This document shows positions 51,228-62,632 of a stretch of 64,000 bases of DNA, piece after piece (the stretch's first letter is position 1; every line of letters begins with the position of its first letter). The notes beneath the pieces are model-generated. The model saw only the letters and a list, made by a program, of their open reading frames with translations. It ran no database searches and was not told where the DNA came from. The stretch comes from Moniliella sp. 'wahieum' (lineage: Eukaryota), in contig RSEE01000115.1 of the NCBI GenBank assembly GCA_003971905.1, positions 124,001 to 188,000 of the forward strand, in the 5' to 3' direction. The position numbers were made by a program, and so were the translations under genes.

Positions 51228-53184
51228 ATGGACATGGCCTACGCCCCGCCCATCTCCGTCCGTCCGCCTCTCTGTACCCAGGCGGCTCTACCGCGGTCGG
51301 ACCGCAGTGTTGCCAGTACCGCCAGCACCGGCACCCGGGCCTCCCGCAGCTCCACTGTCGAATCCACCGCAACCTGGATGAGAGGAGTGCCCCCTCTCTC
51401 CCCCGCCCTGCTTTAGCCCAACCTCGGCAGTTGACTCCTACTCCTCCACCCCCAAGGCAGCCGCGACCTTGACCCCGGTCCCAGCCCCTCCCCCGGCCCT
51501 GATCCCGACCCGACCACGACCTTCTCCAACCGCAAGAAAACGTGCCACCCTTTTTGATGCGTAGTGCCCGCACTACGTCTCTCGATCCTCACAGTCTCAC
51601 TATCTTCCCCATTCCCGAGGCGGATCGGAGTGAACCACTAGGCGTGCCCAACCGGGCAACCATCCTGCGGTCAAGCCAATCGGTTTCTTCCCTGGGTCTC
51701 GCATCGCGTCGTCGAAGGCCTGCTCCGATGCTAAAAGTTCCCACTGAGGGACCGCATGCAGTGGGTCGACCAGTGTGCTGAACCACACGTTCCACCTCCG
51801 TATCCAAGGAGCTGTCCGCCAAGAAGTGCTGGACACATTGACTGGCTTCGAGGTGAAGTGCATATCCTCGGGACCGAGTCGGACCTACCGGACGAAGACC
51901 TGGGCGTCTCTTGGATCGGCTGGAAGAGGGAATGCGTGCCCAGTACCGTGGTCGTTCTTCCGCTGGGCCTGGGTTGCGCTCGAGTCTGAGCCAAGGCAGT
52001 CTCCGTCTTCGCGCAAGGATGAACCGCTTCCCTTTGCGTCCGTGGTCGCGGCCGCGTGACTGATTCTTCTCGCATCGGGGCAAGGCAGCAAAAGACTTGC
52101 TGCACTCGGACCTGCTGGCACATGGCTCGAAGCCTCGGCAGATGGTGGTTGCCCGCCCCCTTCCCAGGGACTGAGGACCACGCCCACCGCCGATTCTGGC
52201 AACTTGTCTCCTTCCCATCCCGACTCCCTACCGTGCCCGACAACATCCCCCTCGCCTCCCTCATCCTGGCCGCAACACGAATCTCTGCCTCTGTCTCCGC
52301 CTCCCCCAGCGTGCTGGAACCTTCGCAACCGACTCGGTCCTCGACTCTGAGAGGACGTCGAACGTGATGTCAAGAACGGTGCGGAAAATGCTACTGCATC
52401 GGAAAGAGAGTGTGCCTCCTGGTTCGGCACCAAGCGTCTGTGCAGGCCCCCGTTCTGCCGGGCCCCACATACGACCAACCCCCCCAACGCCCAGTCGCAA
52501 GCTACGTCACCGAGCCAGCGAATCGATCCTTCGTCGCAGCAAGGAGGCCACTTCGTTGCGCCAAATGTCCCCCGGCAACTTTTCTACCTGGCAAGGGCAG
52601 GGGCCCGGGCCAACCGCATCCCCCGACGTGCCTACCATATGGGCGGTTCGGGGCCTGCCCCCGCCTCGTCACGCTTTCCTCCTCCTCTTCGCACCGTGTT
52701 TCGCCGTTGCCGTTATCTCATGCCATTCTTCGCCTTTCCCTTCTGTATCCCTGTCCCTTTTCCCACCCCTACACTGCCCTGGTTCTTTTTTGCGCTGCTA
52801 CTATCATCATACCATTTCCCATTTCCCATCCCAGAGGCTCGGCCATCAGAGACATAAGAGAGGGTAGGTGACAGAGCCGAGTCTGGTTCTGGTTTTCTTA
52901 GCAATGGGTATGGCCAAGACATGAGAGCGGTCAAGCGGTCACCTCTACAAGCTCGTGTTGGTCTGTCTCTCCGCTTGCTCCGTCGTTCGCAAAGTGGGGA
53001 TGCGATTTCGTTCCTATCGACTGTTGTGCACATCCCCGTTCGGCTGAATGGTGGCGTTTGGGGCCCTGTTCCTCGCGACGTGCATGGCCCCCATCAAGCT
53101 GGCCCTGTCCGCTTTAGCCCAGCTGTGATGACGCTACTTTCTCTCATCTTGGCTTCATCAGACAACGTTGATCTCTTAGCATGA
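51228..53184 (+). CDS. Hypothetical Ser/Pro/Arg-rich protein (heavily frameshifted)
   Basis: ATG after a pyrimidine-rich leader, GC-rich coding-like composition, fragmented ORFs; no domain recognised; end uncertain. Confidence 0.35.
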
Positions 53185-53393
53185 TGGATCGTATTCCCGA
53201 ATATTCCGGCATGAATTGCCACTTGCACGCAAAGATGGGTGAGACGGACTGGAAATCCCGATTTGCAGAGGGAAATGGGAAGATATGTGCTGTGTGTTGA
53301 TGGCTATGTTGCCAGAGGCACAAAAGGTAGTGATAGCGATCCCATCGCTTTTGTTTGGGGGGCAAGATTCCCCAGGGTCACCGGCACGCGTGA

Positions 53394-53783
53394 TTAGTAG
53401 AAGTAACCGAGGATCTTGCCCTGCATGCTTGCGACGCGCCTCCTCGTGGTCATAATGCCGCCGAGGGTGGTGAGAACAATAAAGCCGAAACGACCGTGCC
53501 GGGAGCAAGTTCTCAACCCAGTTCTCCACCTGGCCCAGTTGGACGTTGAAGCGGGGCGAGATGACACCGCACTTGTTGACGCGGCCGTTGAGCTGAATCA
53601 CGATCTTGCCGCTCCGGTGGTCATCCACTTCCTCAAATTCGCCAATTTACCCGTGCTTCTGCATGACTGCAAGAACTTGATGATGACCTTGGACGAGGGG
53701 CGGATCAGCACCTGGCGCTTCCCGCGGCGCTCGGCATTGACGATGGCATTGAGGCAGCGTTCAGACAGAACGGAGACACGCAT
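53394..53783 (-). CDS. RPS22: 40S ribosomal protein uS8 (S22/S15a)
   Basis: [67 protein letters not shown]; frameshifts; intron 53864-53784 directly upstream. Confidence 0.95.
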
Positions 53784-54148
53784 CTGCCAAGAAGAGAGTT
53801 AGACGCGAGGGAGAAGGGCGGGGGGCGGCGGGGCGGCGGCAGGCACCGGGAGAAAGGGACGTACGTGGGGACGAGCTGGACGGCGTTTGGATCGGATGAA
53901 GCTTGAACCAGCAATTCACCGCCCACTTCCTTTCGCCCCTCCTGACAGAAAGGGGTGTCGAGTGAAACCGTTTCAAATTTCTAGAGGTAGGGTACAACAA
54001 TGCTGCGGCAAGTATTCGGCCTGGCACCTATCTCTCTAGTCCCAGGCGCAATCACGCGCATGGTGAACATTTCATCGTGCGCCGCTGGCAAGCAGGCTTG
54101 GCCTTCGCAGCGCGCTGGGCGAGCGGTCAACTCCACCACCAAAGCAAA

Positions 54149-54639
54149 ATGGGTCGTGTTCGCACCAAGACGACGAAGCGCGCAGCACGGGTGCTCATTG
54201 AGAAGTACTACCCCAAGCTCAATGCGAACGACTTCCACACCAACAAGCGTGTGTTGGACGAGGTGGCGATTGTGCCCTCGAAGCGTCTGCGCAACAAGAT
54301 TGCCGGTTTCACCACCCACCTGATGAAGCGCATTGCCAAGGGCCCCGTCCGTGGCATCTCGTTCAAGCTTCAGGAGGAGGAGCGTGAGCGCAAGGTATGT
54401 ATTTGCTCGTCCTCGTTGTGGATGTGGATTGGTACTAACGCTTGGCACAGGACCAATACGTCCCTGAGGTCTCGGCTCTCGACACGGAGGCCAACGGTGG
54501 TCTCGAGGTCGACCCGGACACCAAGGCCATGCTCGGCGAGATTGGCTTTGCCTCGCTCCCGGTTACTGTTGGTGCGCCCATCACCTCGGCTCAGCCCGAG
54601 CGCCGTGGTCGCAACGTTCCTGGTGCTGGCCGTCGCTAA
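54149..54639 (+). CDS. RPS17: 40S ribosomal protein eS17
   Basis: [21 protein letters not shown]...[35 protein letters not shown] | intron 54395-54450 | [11 protein letters not shown]. Confidence 0.98.
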
Positions 54640-54837
54640 GTCCCTTTAATGGGCGGCGGCTGTGGCACATGGCCCCTGCAAAACAGGCCCTAACCTCTGG
54701 TGTTGGGGCTTGACTCGAATCCTATGTATGGGATCATCGATCACTATGCTTGTAGGTTTGGGTGGAAGGTGATGTTTTGAGGGAAAAAAAGTACGGGGTA
54801 CATGCATGAGAAGAGCAAGAGAAGTGATGGAGAGGAA

Positions 54838-55977
54838 TTAGCGTTGAAGAGTTGGATATTGGAAGCTTCCTCAGCAATGGTCAGGTCGATTGAATCGCCA
54901 AAGTAAGAAGGATCAGCTTCGCTGAGAGCCTGGATGCCTGCATTTGCCCATCCCGGTCGCCCAGGACATGGCACAAATACGCAGCAGGTGCAATAAAAGC
55001 CCGGTCGCTGTAATCTTCCAAGGCTTGGCGTCCCTCGCCCGCAGACCGGCCGGCACATCGGGCCACTGACGTAGGCCACGATAGGCACGGTGCATGGTTT
55101 GCAAGAGAGGGAGGATACGCTGGTCACCACTTACGGTGTAATAGCTCGAGAGACGCCAGGCAGTGCGGCATGCGTTCCACCCACAATCACCGTCTCGGTC
55201 AGACTCGAGCAGCTTTCCCCGTGGCGCAGACCAGCGGCCATTGTAGTTGGTGAGAAAGTCAGGCAACAGGACGTAGCCTTCGGGCAAAAGACTGAGTGCC
55301 GCCTGGAGCGTTGACTCGAGCACCCACTGCCACCGCGCCCGCTCGTTAGGGTCCTGTACCACCCGGTGAAACAGGAGGAAAGCAGAGAGAATAAAGTCGC
55401 TGCTCCGAGTAGAGTTGTAAAGCTTGACGTTATCACTGTCGTCTTGGTTGGCCCAGTCGCCCAGCAAAGGGGTGCCGAGGGACGGATGGATGTTGTACCG
55501 GAGAATAGCACTGGCAAGCAAGTTGCCCTCAGTCCAGTAGGCCTGATTCGGGAACATGGGCGAGTCGAGAAACGCTTGCCGGCAAGGAAGAGAGCGGTTG
55601 CGATATCATATCTGGAAGCAGGTTAGTGGACAACTGGGTTGGCAACTGCGGCTGAAACCGAAACGTCCGAGGGAATGGGCTCACCTCCATCGGTCGCATT
55701 GTCCGTCGCATCCTCTCGACGTAGATCTCACCCGAGCCGCGCTGGCGCACCTGCCACTTCATAAGCCCATGCTCGTTCTTGAATTGGAGAAAGAAGCGCA
55801 AGAGCTGGTCAAAATCTTGCTGGTTGTTGTGGTACACGCTGATCAGCATCGCGTAGCCGTGCGCTTCCGAGCAAGTAATGCATCGCCATTTTCGCCGCTG
55901 CCATTGTAAAAGCAGTAGTTGCCGAACGGCGAGGCACGCAGGTAGCGCTGACGCCAGTCTACATAGCGTGCTTCCAT
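54838..55977 (-). CDS. Glycoside hydrolase family 8 (GH8b-type, chitosanase/lichenase/endoglucanase-like)
   Basis: ITCSEAHGYAMLI (catalytic Glu), GLMKWQ, NATDG|D.DIATALFLA, LLGDW, TRSSDF, LLPDF, LESDRDGDCGWNACRTAWR, SYFGDSI; intron about 55684-55613; frameshifts; 3' end approximate. Confidence 0.88.
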
Positions 55978-56343
55978 GGTGCGAAGGGTGGTGGGCCTGA
56001 GGATGGCCACCGCAAGCGGATCGGCGGGGATGTGGGTGGCCCGCCCGCCGTTGCTCAGCTGCGCGCGCTCAGCTGAGCGCGCACTGCCAGCCGTCACCAC
56101 CCACCGGTGCCTGCCACGTGGCGCCAACCACCGTGCACGGCCTCATAGCCGGCGTCACATCGGCGTTTCCACATCCATTTTGCTTTGCATTTCTTTTTCG
56201 GTCGCTTATTTTTTTTGGTGTTCGAGTCAGCTGCATCGCTTCGCCGCCGCCACCGCCCGTCTGCTGCCGCTTGCCAGCCAGCTTCGCCTGTCCTCTTGTC
56301 GGCCCTGTGTCCGTCTTGCCCCGCCTCGACGCTGCTAGCCCAC

Positions 56344-59300
56344 ATGGCCGACGACTCGGTTCCCCATCTCCTGGCCTCACTCACCGGTTTTCGAATGAGC
56401 CAAGCCCATCGTGCGTGCCTCAACGTATGCCGCCTACCCTGATGGCACCGGGGCCGCGCCGACGTGGACCCCGCCGGTCTGAAGCTGCCAGACGAGCTTC
56501 GTGCTGCTGCCCTCGTTGACGTTGCGCGAAAAGGGGGGCATGTCCTTGAAATCGTGGAAGGTGTTAGAGCACGCGTACCGCTCACATGCCGACTCGGTAT
56601 ACAAGGCTGTCGGCCCTCGTGCCGACATCCCCACCCTGGCTCGGGGCTTTTTACCGAGGAAGGTCCGCAGGGGCACGGATTGTGGCGAGGGGCTACGACA
56701 AGTTCTTCAACGTCAACGAAATGCCGTGGACGCGGGTACGATTTTTTCCTTCGCTCTTCCCCAAGTGGCATTGACTGACATGCAACCACCACAGACTGAG
56801 AGCCTGCAGCGCTATACCGCCCCCCCTTATTACCTCACCTTCAAGGAGAATGGCTGCATCATCTTTGTTGCAGCTCTCACCCCCACCGAACTGGTCGTCA
56901 CGTCTAAGCACGGGCTTGGGCAGCTCAACTCCAGTCTCGCCTCTGCCTCAGCCCCCGACCCAACGGATGAAGAGGAAGCCTCACCCGACTTTTCTCAAGG
57001 CGGACTTGCGGTGTCCCATGCCCAGAAGGGTTCCGAGTGGCTTGACCGCCACCTCGCGCTGGCTAAGCGGACACGCGCCGAGCTCGCACAAGAGTTGTGG
57101 GCAAGGAAGGAGACGGCCATCTTCGAGTTGTGTGATGATGCGTTTGAGGAACACGTGCTTGCCTACGACCGGGAACATGCTGGCCTCTACCTCCACGGCC
57201 TCAATACCAATACTGTCCAATTCGCTACGTGTCCGCCAGCAGAAGTGGATGCGTTTGCACGCCAGTGGGGGTTTCACCCCACGCGCTTCCTCACCCTCCC
57301 TTCGTTCCCTGCAATGCAGGAAGTTGTCGCCCGTGTAGCCAAAGATGGTATGTGGGAGGGTCAACCGATTGAAGGGTTTGTGGTTCGGACAACCATCCCC
57401 TTACGGCCCCTAGCATTGAAGAAGCTCTTGCCGCCGCCCCCGAAGCGGTGGTACGCCCGCCTATGAGCGGGGCCAAACATGGTTCTACAAGGTTAAGTTT
57501 GATGAGCCGTACCTCATGTACCGTGACTGGCGCGAACTGGCCCGTCGGATGCTTGCGGACCAACAGTCCTGGGCTCAAGAATACGGCGATGATGCTCTCC
57601 GTCTGTCCAAACAGGAGGGAGGCACGCGCTACGATCCCATCCTGTCACTGCCCAGGACCTCGAGCATGCTCATGTCGAGTTGAGCCCCCCAACCCCCTTC
57701 GGCGGGAGTAGCTGGGGAAACTGGAGGTCTGTCTCGGAAGGCCGCTAAGCGACAGGCTCGTGCTCGATGGAACGCGCGGCACAGCGTCTGCATCAGCACA
57801 CTGAGACCGGTGGACGACCTCTCCCAACAAAGCCAAGCCTAAAACACAGGCCGGAAACACTCCTCTTCCTGGATTGGTGCTTTGACCAGCTCTGGGGTTC
57901 TGCGGATGGCCGCCTTCCCCACCCGAATTGTTCACCCAGTTCAACCAGGGAAAGGGCATCATTCATCTCCGTGACGAATTCTTGGCTTATTGCGAGTCCC
58001 CCGAAGGCAAAAGCCGCTTGCAGCCCCTCCTACCTGTACCCGAATTGGCAGCAAGGGTCTTATTCCAAGGTAGCCGCCCAGGCTGTAGCCCGCCGGACCT
58101 TTTACGCATACACTTATTGTCCCCATCTCTGTCCCGGGATCGGGAAAGACGACGCTGGCACGTGCATTGGGTGAGCTGTACCCTTTGGGCCATCCCCAGT
58201 CGGACTTGCTTCGGGGAAGAAGTCCAAGGCGGCCCAGTTCTTAGCCTTGGTCCTGGAAGAACTTAAAACGCATAAAATTGTCTTTGCTGATCGCAACAAC
58301 CACCTTTTCAAGCACCGCTCTGAGCTTATCGATCTGGTCCACCAATTCGAACAGCATGGTTGGGCTTTGGACTTCGCCTCAACCCAGCCACAGAAGAAAG
58401 GTAAAAAAGTGCAACCCGCACCTACTCCAGCGGTGGAGGGACCTAAGCCGCGTGTCCGCCTTGTTGCCCTTCATTGGACTTTGGCACCTGCGCCACTGGG
58501 AGATCAAGCAGTTGATTTTCTCACGTATTTTGGCTCGGGGACAGAACCACCGACGCTCAAAGCCGACGTGACCTCTCCCAAAGCCAAGTGGAGCACGAGA
58601 GACCATTTCCTGAAAATCAAGTGGGAATAAATCAAGCCCCGAGGTTCAGCCACTCGACCTGCTTGGGTGGTGGGAGAGACCGACCCCTCGGTTCAACGAG
58701 ACCCGATTGGGCTGATGCCATTTTCCACGATGTGATCCCCCTGAACATCAATTCGCCGCTGGAAGAGAATTTGGACACGCTTCTTCAATTGCTGCATTCG
58801 ATTGATCCTTCCTTCTCTCCCCTCTGAAGGAGAACGGATCGCGGCGCTGCTCCATGCTCATCAAGCTGCTTTGGGAGATAAGGATGCGCTGGCCTCCGAA
58901 GCTACACCCGCCCCCGCCCAAAAGAAGAAGAGCATGCGCCCCCGGTACTTCGGGATCAACTTCCGTGACATGGACTTGCCAACCTTTGTTCCTCCCCTGC
59001 TCCCTGCCGATGGCAAGGAGTTCTTCGCCGACATCCAATCGCAAGGTAAGATGGTGAGTGAACCCATGTGACTCTGGTGCACCGCATTCATGTGCAGAAG
59101 GACGAGGAAGCGATACGGTACGCTGAGAAGAAAGGACTTCCCCCCCCCGACGCGAAGGGAGCAAAGCGTGGGCTCAGTTCCTTCTACACTCGAGTCTTCG
59201 CTACCCCGGAGAACCAGTTTCCCGCGCTAGAAGGATTTGAGGTGGACGTCACAGGGATTTTGTGGTCGGAGCGTGTGATGACTTTCATCGTAGGGGACAT

Positions 59301-59505
59301 CCGTCACGCCACCTACCCTTGGCGCGCCAACCTTCCCTCGGACTGGGTGCCACGTCACCATTGGCACGGCGAACGAGAAGATTGCTCCGGTCGAGGCGCG
59401 CGCTTTGGCGGCTGCTTACCCTGACCACTTGCCCGCTGGCACGAAGATGCCAAGTTCGCACATCCTATTACGCTACAGGGTCAATTGGAGGGCATGATTG
59501 CGTAG
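56344..59505 (+). CDS. TRL1: Fungal trifunctional tRNA ligase (ligase, kinase, cyclic phosphodiesterase)
   Basis: PTLARG, IVARGYDKFFNVNE, motif I KENGCIIF, VTSKH, FELCDDAFEEHVL, EGFVVR, FYKVKFDEPYLMYRDWRE, P-loop PGIGKTT, VFADRNNH, HVTL-like CPD motif; intron about 56736-56792; many frameshifts. Confidence 0.95.
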
Positions 59506-61222
59506 CCAAGAAACGAAACGAACTGTGAACACCAACTAGGGGCACGGTGTTTAACAATTATAATCCGTCGCACACTTCTTCAGCTTCAGCAGCTGCGAGT
59601 ACGTAAAGAGAGATAGAACGCCAAGTCAGGAGCATCCGTCCATCCCAGGCCGGCCGCGCCCCAGTTTTAGATGGGGCCGGGGCATCATGTCCTTTGTGGT
59701 TGGCGTGGAGCAGAATAGGTGCAGCAGGTGGAGCCCGTAACCCCCGATACTCCATTGTAAACCCTTTGCCGCGGGAACTCAAGGTATGCAAGGCTGGTAT
59801 GCCCGGTTCAGATCGTACTTAGTGTGAAACTCCTCTGATCGTAAACGCACATGCGAATAGTGTTATGGGCAGGCCCCGGCGGCGGACTGGAGCCCGACCC
59901 ATAACTTGGGAGCGCTTTCCTTTGGAGGAGGACAGGCCATTCACAGTTAAATTGATCGAGCCTGAACACTGCTAGCAGATCCGAACGGCGCTAAAGACGA
60001 GCTCTTAGTGGCACTGGCATATGATACCTCTCAATCGGGACGTAGGTTCGCATATGGCAAAAGGCTGCCAATATTAAGTACCGGAACAAGCAGGACCAGC
60101 GTGCCTGTAGTCTGTTGTCCTGAAGGGTTGGCCAGAGGTTGACGCACAAAGATAGGGTAGGACAGGTCCTGTCTGACGGAACAACTCAACTATAGGCTTG
60201 TAGGATCCCGCAAGATCACAAAGGTAGGAGACTGAGAGCTGGAGATCGACGGCAATGGATGCCCGGTCAAAATACTGAAAGGTCAAAAGGTGGTCCCTGG
60301 AAGCAGGTCTGAGGGACTTTTGGCGAACGAAAAGGAACAGGGGAGTTGCCTGATGATCGATGATCAGTCAACTAACGATGGATTAACAAAGGATATTGTA
60401 CAAGGACAAAAGACGAAGAAAGGAAAAGACGAAATGTCATAGTTTGGCTGATCTCCTCGCTCCATGTCTAATTTCTTCGTCCCGAGCGTCTCTCGCACCT
60501 TCTCTGCTCTTCCGCTTTGCACCATGTCCTCTGCTCTTACTTTTTCCCCACGGACGATTGCTACATCCCTTGGCCTAATCCCGACTCTACTGGTCTCCCT
60601 CATTGCCTTATCCCCGATTGTGACACACGAAATGTAGTGAACGAAGGCGACGAAGTAGAAAAGGAAAAAACGAAATGACCCGCTACGGGGAAATGCACAT
60701 GGGCCAAGACGATCACAAGGGTCATATATCATGTATCATACAGGCAGGATCTATTAGGGATAGACAACGCACGAAGAAAAGGGAAACGAATCGAGATCAG
60801 TGCCACCCCGAAAGTAACACAGACCAAGTATAGAAAAAGGTTCCCCCACTCAGCCAGGAACGAGAGCCTCAATAAAATCAGAAATGTCCAATGTAAAGGG
60901 CAGGCTCTCCGCCCTGAGCTAGAAACGTAGAATGAATGAGGGAGAATCTCACAACGAAAACGAAACGCTCAGATCAGGAAACTGGTGTCTTACTTAGAGC
61001 TCATTTGCGCTCAAAACCAAAGACGAAAAATAATATTGAAGTAGGATAAAACCAGGGACTCAAAACGCTCACGATGCACGGATCACCTCAATCATCTCAG
61101 CCGCACAAAAGGGACTTTTGATCATTGATTCTAGTTGAATAGATTGATGGAAACATAAATGCTCCATTTGGATATAATGGAGTGCATGGGTTTGTTTAAC
61201 GTGGGTTCAGACAAACCATCTT

Positions 61223-62089
61223 TGTCACGGGCGGGCGCCGCCACGGGCCCGCCTGGGGTTTTTTGGGGTACAATCCCTTAGGCGACGGTAGGTCGACTCA
61301 CGGTAGTTTCGGGCTTGGGCTGGTTGGTGAATCCGAGCAGAGCTAGGACGAGGAGAGGCCTTTGGTGAGGCGGCTGCATGTGTGGCAAGGCTGCGTCTGC
61401 ACCGGCTTGGGCGTCACTGTCTGAAGCCACCGGGACTTAGGGACGGGAGGAGGCAACGGCGGACAAACACTGCCTTGACTGAGACTGGAAATCGACGCGG
61501 CCAGAGGAGGGCTCGCGCGACTGGACTGGCGGGTTTTGCTGGAGGAGAAGTCGGACGCTAACAAAAGCAAGCTGCCTGTACTGTGGATCAATTGGCTGAA
61601 AACGGGCAGGAGTCGGACAGGATAGGCGAGAGGGTAGACAAGGGGTTGAGACGAGAGATTGACGAGAGGGTTGAGACGAGAGTGGGGACGAGAATGGAAG
61701 GTGGGGGAAAGATCCCCATCAACCAGGGGTACAGGCAGGATCAAAAGGGAAACGGATACAAGAGGGGGGTGTAGAAAGGAAGACATGTCAAAGCGAGGTT
61801 GGTCGCCACAGGCGCGACCGAGAAAGGAAACGGAAACGGGGACGGGACGGAAGACGCCGCCACGGGACTGGAAGCTCGGTGGGCCTTATTACTTAGGCCG
61901 GCCGACTTGGGCTTGGGCGGGGGGCGACTATTGTCGCACGGAGCATTATGGCCCTTCGGCCACGATACTTAATTTAGCCAACCATCATCACACTTGGTTG
62001 GCCTTCGGAGTAAGCTCTACTGGACATGTGCGGAGCAGGCGGGCCTTAGCTTCGGTCGGACCATCTCGAGTCCGCCGCAGCCCGTGACA
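61223..62089. mobile_element. Solo LTR (867 bp) with a 5-bp target-site duplication
   Basis: Ends TGTCACGGGC...GCCCGTGACA (10-bp perfect inverted repeat), flanked by ATCTT at 61218-61222 and 62090-62094. Confidence 0.92.
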
Positions 62090-62544
62090 ATCTTAGCTTT
62101 GAGAGCCTTGACGTAGACGTAGCCTAGGCAAGGGAGACAAGGGGAGAGGATGAACTCGGCTGGATCGCCCAATCGCCGTCGCTCGTAACACGCATTAGGG
62201 AGGTCGATGGACTATATGCACTGCGCGTTCTTTATTTGACCCCCAGGAGCCATCCAAGAGTCATCACATATGTCCATGTCATAGAGGGCAAAATAGGGCA
62301 GCGTGGTCAAGACCACATTAGTATAATAGTGACTAGCGAGGGATTATCGATTATTACGAGTTGTTATACTGTGTGAGAGGACACGGCGCATCCCCGATGG
62401 AGAAGAGCGCTTTTAACATTATGGGTCCTTTCTTGTAAGTTACACCCAAAAAAGAGCCTTGCTCACAAAAAGGGCTATGTCTACGGCTAGTAGGCCAATA
62501 TAATGCTTACCCTTCCTCTCTCCTCTGGATCACACGTCCATTTC

Positions 62545-62632
62545 ATTGACAGAGCTTAAGGCTGGGACAGGGGAACGCTACGTCTAAACCTAACCGTTCA
62601 TCTTGCGGGGTTACTTGGGGCGCCACTAAGGT
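62545..62632 (-). repeat. Decayed dispersed repeat family, copy D (inverted, short)
   Basis: ATTGACAGAGCTTAAGG.TGGGACAG..AACGCTAC..CTAAACC..GGGTTACTTGG is nearly identical to 38732-38810. Confidence 0.85.

Noticed and set aside
2078..59505. RNA-processing gene cluster (U1-C, THOC1, CLP1, TRL1, EndoG)
   Set aside because: The genes are spread over 57 kb among unrelated genes; no shared motif was seen; chance linkage is sufficient.
59560..61100. Possible DIRS/LINE or tyrosine-recombinase relic
   Set aside because: No RT, endonuclease or R-H-R-Y motif could be read; only vague A-rich repeats.
28765..62089. One giant LTR element bounded by the two related LTR copies
   Set aside because: The right copy has its own TSD on both sides, the left copy is partial and diverged, and host genes lie between them.
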